Part shown: in pieces, positions 56,528 through 64,000 of the stretch
Layout of the letters: each line of letters starts with the position of its first letter
Numbering within the stretch: the first letter of the stretch is position 1
Source: Longimicrobiales bacterium
Lineage (GTDB): Bacteria; Gemmatimonadota; Gemmatimonadetes; Longimicrobiales; Gaopeijiaceae
Reading direction: 5' to 3'
Assembly: GCA_965116905.1 (NCBI GenBank)
Contig: OZ220732.1
Span: 3,648,001-3,712,000 of the forward strand
DNA length: 64,000 bases
Position numbers and translations under genes: made by a program
Notes under the pieces: model-generated
Database searches by the model: none
Seen by the model: only the letters and a program-made list of their open reading frames with translations
What the model was told of the DNA's origin: nothing

Positions 56528-57223
56528 CTACTGCACGCCCAACAGCTCGATCTCGAAGATGAGCACCTGGTTGGGGCCGATGTCGGGCGGCGCTCCGGCC
56601 GAGCCGTAGGCCAGCTCGCTGGGGATCGCCACCCGGATGCGGCTGCCCACGGTCATCAGCTTGAGCGCCTCGGAGAAGCCCGCGATCACGTTGTCGACGC
56701 CAAAGCTGGCCGGCTGGTCGTCGGTGGCCGGGTCATCGTCGTAGGAGGAGTCGAAGACGGTCCCGTCGGGGAGTGTGCCCCGGTAGTGCAGAATGGCGAT
56801 CTGGCCCGACTCGATGCCGGGGCCGTCGCCCTCCTGCAGCACCTCGTACTGCAGTCCCGACTCGGTGGTGACGACGCCTTCCCTGGCCCCGTTGCTGGCG
56901 AGGAACGCTTCACCTTCCACTCGGCCTTCCTCCTCGGCGGCCGCCTGGATCGCGTCGCCGAACGCCGTCATGGCCGCCTGGATCTCCTCGTGTGACAACG
57001 CCGGCTCCACGTCGCCCAGGCCGTCGGTAAACCCGTTCATCAGCGCGGGCATGTCCACCTGATCCATCACGTCGACGAGCGACCGGCCCATGTTCAGGCC
57101 TATTCCGTAACTGGCCTTCTGTGCGTCGGTCTCCAGCGCCGCCTCGGGCACGCAGGCGGCAAGGGGCACAAACAGGGGCGGGAGCAGCAGGAGCGGCAGG
57201 GACGGGCGGCGGCGAGCGGACAT
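56528..57223 (-). CDS. FKBP-type peptidyl-prolyl isomerase (FkpA/Mip-like), lipoprotein
   Basis: ASYGIG, TESGLQY, HYRGTL..GTVFDSS, VIAGF, LAYG, LIFEIEL. Confidence 0.92.
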   Translation of the reverse strand: MSARRRPSLPLLLLPPLFVPLAACVPEAALETDAQKASYGIGLNMGRSLVDVMDQVDMPALMNGFTDGLGDVEPALSHEEIQAAMTAFGDAIQAAAEEEGRVEGEAFLASNGAREGVVTTESGLQYEVLQEGDGPGIESGQIAILHYRGTLPDGTVFDSSYDDDPATDDQPASFGVDNVIAGFSEALKLMTVGSRIRVAIPSELAYGSAGAPPDIGPNQVLIFEIELLGVQ

Positions 57224-57299
57224 CGGGATCAACCTTCTCCAGGGAAGCCGGGGCACGAAGCAGCCCCGGACAGGCAGTCAAGATAAGCCCCGCGGGCGT

Positions 57300-57911
57300 T
57301 CACGTCAGCAGCGCGGTCAGTTCCCGGAGGTCGTGGATGACGGAGACGGCCGCCGCCTCCGCGGCGGAAGATGCCAGGCCGGCGGGATTGTGCCACACCA
57401 CCGTGAGGCCGGCGGCGTCCGCTCCCACGACATCGAACGGAGATCCCGCCACGAACAGAACCTCTGCCGGCGCGGCGTCCATCGCCTTCACGCCAGCCGC
57501 GTAGATCCGTGCGTCCGGCTTGTAGAAGCCGGCGGACTCGGCGGTGACGACCGTCTCGAAGGGTGCGCCCACCAGCTCGGCCGCCCGCAACCCCATGGCC
57601 TCGGAACAGTTGGTTACGACGCCCAAGGGCCTGTCCTCCGCCAGCCGGCGCAGCACCGTGGCGGCACCGGGCCATGGAGCGAGTTCATCCCACCGGGCTT
57701 CGAGTGCGTGCGCGGACCCGGCGGGAAGGCCCACGGCTCTCGCCGAATCGGTGACGAGGTCCAGGTACGGGACGTACGCGCCCGCCGCATAGGTGAGCCT
57801 CAGGTACTCCATCCGCCAGCGGCGCCCGGCCGCGCGGCCCCCCGCGATGTCGTCCCAGAGCGACCAGGAGTCGAGCAGCGCCGACAACAGGTCGAAGAGG
57901 ATCACCTTCAC
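57300..57911 (-). CDS. HAD-superfamily hydrolase (haloacid dehalogenase type II-like)
   Basis: ILFDLLSALLDS, VTNCS, YKPD, FVAGSPFDVVGA. Confidence 0.85.
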   Translation of the reverse strand: MKVILFDLLSALLDSWSLWDDIAGGRAAGRRWRMEYLRLTYAAGAYVPYLDLVTDSARAVGLPAGSAHALEARWDELAPWPGAATVLRRLAEDRPLGVVTNCSEAMGLRAAELVGAPFETVVTAESAGFYKPDARIYAAGVKAMDAAPAEVLFVAGSPFDVVGADAAGLTVVWHNPAGLASSAAEAAAVSVIHDLRELTALLT

Positions 57912-59407
57912 GACAGCTCCGCGTCCGCTTCGATTTCAACGAGAAGGTCGTCGTCCACCGTGTTCGCCCGTACGAGCGTGTTGGCGGGACGAATGCGGGC
58001 GAATCGCAGACCGTGGGCCCGAGCCACCGGCTCCCAATCCACGCCGTCGCGAATGAAGACCCGGGTGCGCACGACATCCGCCAGCGACCCACCCAGCGAT
58101 TGCAGCGCCCCGTCGATCTTGTCGATGATGAAGTGGGTCTGGGCCGCGGGATCGCGGCCGCCGATCACCCGGCCGGCATGGCTCGAGGTCGTGCCCGACA
58201 CGTGGATCCGGCCGCCCTTGCGCACGGCGCGGCTGTAGCCCGCCAGCGCTTCCCAGGGCGTGCCCGTGGAAACCCGCGCGGCCCCGTGACTGGAGGTGAC
58301 CGGCCACGGAGCGGGAAAGTGCGTGATATGGTGGCTGAGGTCCCCCGAAGCAGTCAGGAAGGGAGGGCGCCGGTACTCGTCACCGCAGTCGCCCGGGATC
58401 GGATCGAGGGCCTCGCACGCCGCCTCCAGCTCCCGGCGCGCCTCGGCGTCGAGCGCAAACCGGAAAAGCCGGAGGTTGTCCTCGATGTGGCTTCGCTCCC
58501 CGGGCCTGGCGCCCACGATGATGCCGCCGACCGCGGGCTGATCGAGCACGTAGCGGCAGGCCACGTTGGCTATGGAGACGTTCTTTTCCGCTAACCCTGA
58601 CGTAACGTCAGGGTCCCCCTCAGGGTCCGCCTCAGGGTCCGCTCCGCCGAGCCGATCCGCGATCCGGCGCACGGTCTGGAGCAGCGTCTGAAACCGCTCC
58701 CACCCCCCCGCCTGGTCGACGAAGCGACGGTACTTCATCTGCGACCAGGTCAGCGATTCGTCGATCGCCGGCTCCGCGCGCCCGAGCCAGCGATCGCTGA
58801 GCAGACCGCCCGCCAGCGTCCCGTAGGCGAGCAGCTTCACGCCGTGCTCCCGGCAGACGCGCGACATCGCACCCGATGCCCGGCGGTCGATCAGCGAGAA
58901 GCACACCTGGTTGGACACGATGGGGACGCCGCTCCGGATCGCCATGTCGAGGTGGACGGCGTCGCAGTTGGTGAGTCCGAGGTGCAGGATCCGGCCCGCA
59001 GCCTGGTGCTCGGCGAGCAGGAAGAGGTTGTCCAGCCAGCTCGGATCCGCGTAGCTCCACGCGTGGAACTGCAGCAGATCGATGCGGTCGGTGCCAAGCC
59101 GCTTGCGCGCCCGGTCAACCGCGGCCGCGACCGCCTCCGGGTTGGCGGGGCCCGGCTCGGGCACCCACTTGGTGAGGAGCTGGATGTCGCGGCGGCGCTC
59201 CGCCAGCCGCCCGGCGATGACCTCGGCCGAGCCGTAGTGGTCCGCCATGTCGAAGCTGGTGAGGCCCGCGTCGGCGTGCGGCCCCAGGGCCCGCGAGGCG
59301 GCATCCGGGTCGAGCGCCCGCCCGCCCCGCTCCTGGTCGGCAACCTGCCAGAGTCCGGTCAGGACACGGGACACCTCGAGTCCCGGACCCAGCGTTGTGC
59401 GCTCCAT
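57908..59407 (-). CDS. Aldo/keto reductase fused to a C-terminal RidA/YjgF domain
   Basis: GLWQ, FDMADHYG, TKW, IDLLQFH (AKR); GYSRAVR, VSGTT, VVRTR, RPANT, VEIEA (Rid). Confidence 0.88.
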   Translation of the reverse strand: MERTTLGPGLEVSRVLTGLWQVADQERGGRALDPDAASRALGPHADAGLTSFDMADHYGSAEVIAGRLAERRRDIQLLTKWVPEPGPANPEAVAAAVDRARKRLGTDRIDLLQFHAWSYADPSWLDNLFLLAEHQAAGRILHLGLTNCDAVHLDMAIRSGVPIVSNQVCFSLIDRRASGAMSRVCREHGVKLLAYGTLAGGLLSDRWLGRAEPAIDESLTWSQMKYRRFVDQAGGWERFQTLLQTVRRIADRLGGADPEADPEGDPDVTSGLAEKNVSIANVACRYVLDQPAVGGIIVGARPGERSHIEDNLRLFRFALDAEARRELEAACEALDPIPGDCGDEYRRPPFLTASGDLSHHITHFPAPWPVTSSHGAARVSTGTPWEALAGYSRAVRKGGRIHVSGTTSSHAGRVIGGRDPAAQTHFIIDKIDGALQSLGGSLADVVRTRVFIRDGVDWEPVARAHGLRFARIRPANTLVRANTVDDDLLVEIEADAELS

Positions 59408-60942
59408 CAACCCCGCGGCAGCTCCCGGAAGAGGGCGCCGGTGTCCGCTCCCTCCCTCCGCATCCGCGCAACGCGCACGAAGAAGATCGCCGAGGCGACA
59501 GCCATCACGCCGATCCACACCCAGGTGGAGTGGAAGTACCACGCGCTTACGTCGGCGCTCAGGTCCTTGTGGATGTGGACGGCCAGGAAGACGGTGAGCA
59601 GCACGACGCCGGTGGTCCCCGCCACGAGCTGGCCCGCGCGTCCCCTGAGCACCTGCATGCGCGCCGCGTGTTCCGGGTTGCGGCGCGCCAGGTTCAGGAG
59701 CGACAGGCACATCAGGATAAAGTTGACCAGCATCGCGGTGACGAGGATGTCGATCCCGAGGAAGAAATCGCCGGCCAGATGGCTCCCCAGGATGCCCACC
59801 GTCGCCATCAGGCCGCTTGCGAGAAGCGCCGCGTGCGGAGTCCGCCAACGCGCATTCACGCTTGCGACCGCGCGCGGGAAGATCCCGTCCTCGCCCCAGG
59901 CGAACATGAGGCGCGAGACGGCGAGCAGCATGGCGGGCAGGTCGTTGATGAGCGCGACGGCCGCCCCCGCGACAATCGCCACCGTCCAGCCCGTCGGAAG
60001 CAGGTAGCCGAGCAGGCCGGGCGCGGTGAGGTCGCCGAGCTGCGCCTCCTGGGCCACGAAGCTCCACGGGACCGCGTGATAGATCGCGGCCGTGAAGAGG
60101 ATGTAGAAGGCGCCCACCGTGACGACGGCGAGGCAGGTCGCGAGCGGCAGGTTGCGGGCCGGATTGCGGGCCTCGCCACCCGCCTGGGCGATGGAGTCGA
60201 AGCCGATGAAGCTCGAGAAGAGAAGCGCGGCGGCCGCGAGAAACGGGCCGATGCGGAAGGGGGCCGCGGGCTCGGGCGGAACGGCTCGCCCCTCGGTGGC
60301 CATCAGCGCCGCGCCGAAGTCCCCATGATCGAAGAGGAAGCCCGCCACGATGACCACGCTGCCGAGCACGAACATGAGGAACATCATGGGGACGAGCGTG
60401 ACCTGGTACACGCCAAGGCCGCGCACGTTCACCAGCACGAAGGTCCACAGGAACGCGAGCGCGAGGCCAACGCGGATCGGGCCGGTATCGAGCGCAGCCG
60501 CGGTTCCCGCCCATCCCACGGTATCCGCGATGTCCCTCAGGAACGGGATGAGCACGTAGGACACGACGCCAATCGCGATCGACAGCCCGAACCACTGCGA
60601 GAAGCTGGCCACGAACCCCCAGAAGGGGCTGAGCGAGCGGCTCACGTAGATGTAGCTTCCGCCCGCGCGCGGCATGGCCGACGACAGGCTTGCGTAGGCG
60701 AGCGCGGCCACCAGCGCCGGGATCGCGGCGAAGAGGTACGCGGGAAGGACGTGGGGCCCGATCCCGGGCACGTTCCGCTGCAGCATGATCGGGATGATGT
60801 TGATCGCGGCGCCCAGCATCGCGCAGATGCCGGTCGCGGTCAGCCCCAGCAGCCCGAGGCGTCTGCTGAGTCCCGGCGACGGTTGCGCGCCGCTCGTGCC
60901 GCCGTCCGAAGGCTCAGCCGTGCCGGTCGTGGCTCTCTTCAT
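59407..60942 (-). CDS. APC-family amino acid permease
   Basis: LSRRLG, MPRAGGSY, FIGFDSIAQAGGE, TPH. Confidence 0.88.
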   Translation of the reverse strand: MKRATTGTAEPSDGGTSGAQPSPGLSRRLGLLGLTATGICAMLGAAINIIPIMLQRNVPGIGPHVLPAYLFAAIPALVAALAYASLSSAMPRAGGSYIYVSRSLSPFWGFVASFSQWFGLSIAIGVVSYVLIPFLRDIADTVGWAGTAAALDTGPIRVGLALAFLWTFVLVNVRGLGVYQVTLVPMMFLMFVLGSVVIVAGFLFDHGDFGAALMATEGRAVPPEPAAPFRIGPFLAAAALLFSSFIGFDSIAQAGGEARNPARNLPLATCLAVVTVGAFYILFTAAIYHAVPWSFVAQEAQLGDLTAPGLLGYLLPTGWTVAIVAGAAVALINDLPAMLLAVSRLMFAWGEDGIFPRAVASVNARWRTPHAALLASGLMATVGILGSHLAGDFFLGIDILVTAMLVNFILMCLSLLNLARRNPEHAARMQVLRGRAGQLVAGTTGVVLLTVFLAVHIHKDLSADVSAWYFHSTWVWIGVMAVASAIFFVRVARMRREGADTGALFRELPRG

Positions 60943-61165
60943 AGCGGATGCGCTCGTGCATCCGGTCCCGGGCCTGACCCGCGTCGCGCTTCCTGGCGGC
61001 GCGCATCGCCATCTCGCGGGTGGTGGAGGACTTGACGCGCGGCAAGGACAGGTGCCGCGCCAGGTTCTCGCTCGCGCACTCCGGGCAGGACGGGGTGCGG
61101 CCGCCGAGCACGAGGCGCTCGAAGTCGAGGCCGCAGTCCTCGCAGGTGTATTCGTAGATGGGCAT
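60914..61165 (-). CDS. FmdB-family zinc-ribbon protein
   Basis: MPIYEYTCEDCG...CPECAS. Confidence 0.88.
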   Translation of the reverse strand: MPIYEYTCEDCGLDFERLVLGGRTPSCPECASENLARHLSLPRVKSSTTREMAMRAARKRDAGQARDRMHERIRYEESHDRHG

Positions 61166-61191
61166 GGCTGGAAAGTAAGCGTCGGGCGAGA

Positions 61192-62169
61192 CTAGAACCA
61201 GCCGCGCATGAGCCGCGGCTCGAACTCAAGAAAGCTCGCTGCGACGGTGTCGACGACCACGCGCACCCAGCCGATGTCCGGAGACCCGAAGGTCTCGAGG
61301 CGGGTGAAGTTGGCGTGGACCACGCCCGCGCTGTCGCGGAGCGGCTGGTCGACCCGCTGCTCGTGCGAGTCGCCGTGGATGAACAGCACCGGCCCCGGGA
61401 ACCCCGCCACCTGGTGCTCGAGCGCCGACACAAAGGGTGCGTACGGCTCCGATCCCCAGTCGCCCCACGCACCTCCGCGTTCCAGGGCGACGTTGCCGTG
61501 GGCGACGATCACCACGCCGGCGGCGCTGTCGGCGTGGGCCGCGGCGAAGGTCTCATCCAGCCAGGCCACCGCGGCCTCCGTGCGGCGGACCACTTCGGCG
61601 TCGTGCGCGGCGGTGCGGCCCGGGAAGGCCAGCGTCCCGTTCGCGGATCCGACGATGTGCACCGTGGCGAAAACGAAGCCGCCGCGGCTCCAGCGCGCGT
61701 TCTCGGGGAAACCGGAGTAGTCCGGCGTGCCGGCCTGCGACAGCAGCTGCATCGGACGCCCGCCCAGGCTCCGCTCCGGATGGTCGAAGAAGACGCGCCG
61801 AAGGGCGTCGAGGCGTTCGAGAGGGTCGTGGCCGCCCGGTCCTTCCTCGTGACAGTCGGTCCACTCGTTGTCCCCGGGCGTATACACCACCGGGAGCTCC
61901 AGCGCGTCCAGGAGCGCCCGGCGGTCATGCAGGGCGTCGTCCGTGCAGGGCACCCAGAGGAGGTCCCCGACGTGAATCAGCCAGTCCAGATCGGAGGCCG
62001 CGGCATCCGCGAGCAACCGCCGGTGCCGTCCGTTTTCCCAGAAGAAGTAGGGGCCGTCCCCGTAGACGCCGAACGCGAAAGCGTCCGAGGGCGGCGGCTC
62101 CGCCGCGGGCGGCGTGCAGGCGGCCATGACCACGAGGATGGCTGCTGTTGCTCCGAAGGTGCGCTTCAC
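61192..62169 (-). CDS. Calcineurin-like metallophosphoesterase lipoprotein; start uncertain (62169 or 62208)
   Basis: Lipobox VMAAC; GDGPY, HVGD, PGDNEW, HGDSH. Confidence 0.82.
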   Translation of the reverse strand: MKRTFGATAAILVVMAACTPPAAEPPPSDAFAFGVYGDGPYFFWENGRHRRLLADAAASDLDWLIHVGDLLWVPCTDDALHDRRALLDALELPVVYTPGDNEWTDCHEEGPGGHDPLERLDALRRVFFDHPERSLGGRPMQLLSQAGTPDYSGFPENARWSRGGFVFATVHIVGSANGTLAFPGRTAAHDAEVVRRTEAAVAWLDETFAAAHADSAAGVVIVAHGNVALERGGAWGDWGSEPYAPFVSALEHQVAGFPGPVLFIHGDSHEQRVDQPLRDSAGVVHANFTRLETFGSPDIGWVRVVVDTVAASFLEFEPRLMRGWF

Positions 62170-62255
62170 GCCACGACACCTGCCGTCACTGTCCCGTATC
62201 GCTATCATGCCCAACCGCCATTTGCCCTTGTGGATCGGCCCGTCGTGGTGCTGCG

Positions 62256-64000
62256 CTAGGACACCCTTCGCTTCACCTCCAGCCCCAGGGTCTTCCCTTT
62301 CAGGATCGCCGGCACGCCTTCCTCCATCCACACGGGCGCCGGCGCGTCCATGAGGTAGTGGTCGAAGAACTGCTGCATGCGGATCGCCCAGTCCTTGCGG
62401 TCGGCCTCGCGGCTCAGCCCATGCCCCTGCCCGTTGTAGTTGAGCATCCACACCGGCTTCTGCAGGCGGCGCATGGCGACGAACATCTCGATCCCCTGGT
62501 ACCAAGGCACCGCGCCGTCCTCGTCGTTGTGCATCATGAGCAAGGGGGTGTGGATCTTGTCGGCGTAGAAGACCGGCGAGTTGTGCAGGTACTCGTTGGT
62601 GGACTCCCACAGCGTACCGCCGATCCGGCTCTGGGTGCGCTCGTACTGGAACATGCGGCTCATGCCGGACTGCCAGCGGATGCCGCCATAGGCGCTGGTC
62701 ATGTTGCTGACCGGCGCGCCCGCCTCGGCCGCGGCGAAGAGGTTCGTCTTGGTGACCATGTACGCGATCTGGTACCCGCCCCAGGAGTGGCCCTGCACGC
62801 CGATCCTGTCCTCCTCGACGAAACCGCGGGCGACGAGACTCAGGACACCGGGCACCACCGCGTCAAGCGCGCTCTCGCCGGGATAGCCGATTTCGTAGGG
62901 GATGTCGGGGATGAAGACGACGTATCCGCGGCTGACGTAGAAGGGCACCGAGACGGAGGAGCCCCCCGGCCGGACCGAGCGGTGCTGGTGGATCCCGTCG
63001 GACATGCGCTCGTAGAAGTACACCATCATCGGGTACTTCTGCGCGGGGTCGAAGTCGTCCGGCGTGAAGAGGATGCCCTGCAGCGGGGTCCCGTCGTTGG
63101 AGTGCCACTCGACGATCTCGGCCGATCCCCAGCGGTAGTCCGCCTGCTGGGGATTGGCGTCGGACATCCTGACCATGTCGGAAAACGCGATGTCGGTGCC
63201 CTCGCCACCGGTCACCCACAGATCCGGGAACTCGCGGAAGTCCTCGCGGGTGATCAGCCAGCGGTCCGCGTCTTCGGCCTTCCCCCGGAAGCGGAAGGTC
63301 TTGTCGGCCATGATGACCGGCTCCGGCGTGGCGGCGCGGTCGGTGCGGCCCCGGTGGAAGCCCGACTGCTTGCCGAGGTAGTGGAAGGCCTGCCAGAGTG
63401 CCTCGCCCTCCGCGATGGCGGGGTCCTCGAAGTCCGTGCGGGCGTACCGGAATCGGGTGCCGGACGCCCGCCCGGCGCCATCGGTGAGATTGGTGGTCTC
63501 GCCGGTGGCGGGCTCGAAGCGCCAGACGTCGTAGCGGTCGTAGAAGAGGAATGCCTCGTCGTCCTCGGTCCAGCCGGCGGAACCGTACGGAGGCGGCAGA
63601 TCCGGGTGATCGTCGAGTTCGTTCCAGACCGCGTGGGGCACGTCCGCGCTGGCCGCAACGGGATCACCGCCGGCAGTCGCGGCGACGACCCAGTGCCGGG
63701 CTTCCCCGTCCCACCATGACATGTAGCCGCCGGCCGGCGACATCGACGCGCCGAAGAAGCCCTTCACCTTTTCGGCGATCCTCCGATGCTCCCCGGTCGC
63801 GATGTCGATCGCGTAGATGTCGTTGTAGCGCCCGTCCCAGGAGATGAGCTGCCGGTACGGCATGTCGGTCGTGCCGATGGCATGTGTGGCGTCGCCCTCG
63901 GCGGCGAAGCGCACGGTGGCAACGTCGGGAGTGCCCAGCTGGACGACCCGGCCGCCGGCAGCGTCGCCGTCCACGTGCACGACTGCCGCATAGGTGCGAT
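62256..64000 (-). CDS. S9 prolyl oligopeptidase-family serine peptidase, 5'-partial
   Basis: GHSWGG nucleophile, HNDEDGAV and GHGL catalytic motifs; frame stays open to the window end. Confidence 0.92.
   Translation of the reverse strand, partial: RTYAAVVHVDGDAAGGRVVQLGTPDVATVRFAAEGDATHAIGTTDMPYRQLISWDGRYNDIYAIDIATGEHRRIAEKVKGFFGASMSPAGGYMSWWDGEARHWVVAATAGGDPVAASADVPHAVWNELDDHPDLPPPYGSAGWTEDDEAFLFYDRYDVWRFEPATGETTNLTDGAGRASGTRFRYARTDFEDPAIAEGEALWQAFHYLGKQSGFHRGRTDRAATPEPVIMADKTFRFRGKAEDADRWLITREDFREFPDLWVTGGEGTDIAFSDMVRMSDANPQQADYRWGSAEIVEWHSNDGTPLQGILFTPDDFDPAQKYPMMVYFYERMSDGIHQHRSVRPGGSSVSVPFYVSRGYVVFIPDIPYEIGYPGESALDAVVPGVLSLVARGFVEEDRIGVQGHSWGGYQIAYMVTKTNLFAAAEAGAPVSNMTSAYGGIRWQSGMSRMFQYERTQSRIGGTLWESTNEYLHNSPVFYADKIHTPLLMMHNDEDGAVPWYQGIEMFVAMRRLQKPVWMLNYNGQGHGLSREADRKDWAIRMQQFFDHYLMDAPAPVWMEEGVPAILKGKTLGLEVKRRVS

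Noticed and set aside
50891..60595. Apparent long fusions in the ORF track (791 aa at 50891..53266; 895 aa at 57908..60595; also 747 aa at 10264..12507)
   Set aside because: Their N-terminal parts overlap other real genes in a different frame or strand; the true starts are 52250, 59407 and 11169.
1..64000. tRNA, rRNA, selC, prophage, IS or defence genes
   Set aside because: No cloverleaf, rRNA-like segment, integrase, transposase or recognisable defence domain seen by eye; the Sec machinery must be encoded elsewhere if the Sec calls are right.

Overview
GC-rich bacterial chromosomal window of about 57 protein genes. I found no rRNA, tRNA, CRISPR array, integrase or transposase. The gene content (many exported beta-propeller, VPS10 and carboxypeptidase-regulatory-domain lipoproteins) suggests Gemmatimonadota, which is an inference. 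Main blocks: a formate locus (mobAB, fdhD, NuoEF-like subunit, formate dehydrogenase alpha, fhs), an actP transporter locus, a tetraheme cytochrome c, a DtxR-FeoA/FeoB metal-uptake operon with its operator palindrome, a tandem array of beta-propeller lipoproteins, an ABC exporter/DUF1854 operon and several amino-acid transport and metabolism genes. The strongest hidden signal is three genes that the ORF track splits at an in-frame TGA lying at a catalytic Cys position and followed by a SECIS-like hairpin with a shared CCGG(T/G)C core. These are probable selenoproteins: FDH alpha (expected), an AhpD/CMD-like CxxU protein, and a MerB-like organometallic lyase coupled to a DoxX gene with no mer operon nearby. 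Other notable signals: a leader-peptide/terminator attenuator upstream of the ABC-DUF1854 operon, an 8-bp duplication frameshifting fhs, a parS-like palindrome present twice between convergent genes, an exported M29 peptidase homolog that appears to lack its metal ligands, and 11-bp phased direct repeats. All family assignments come from motif recognition by eye; no database search was run.
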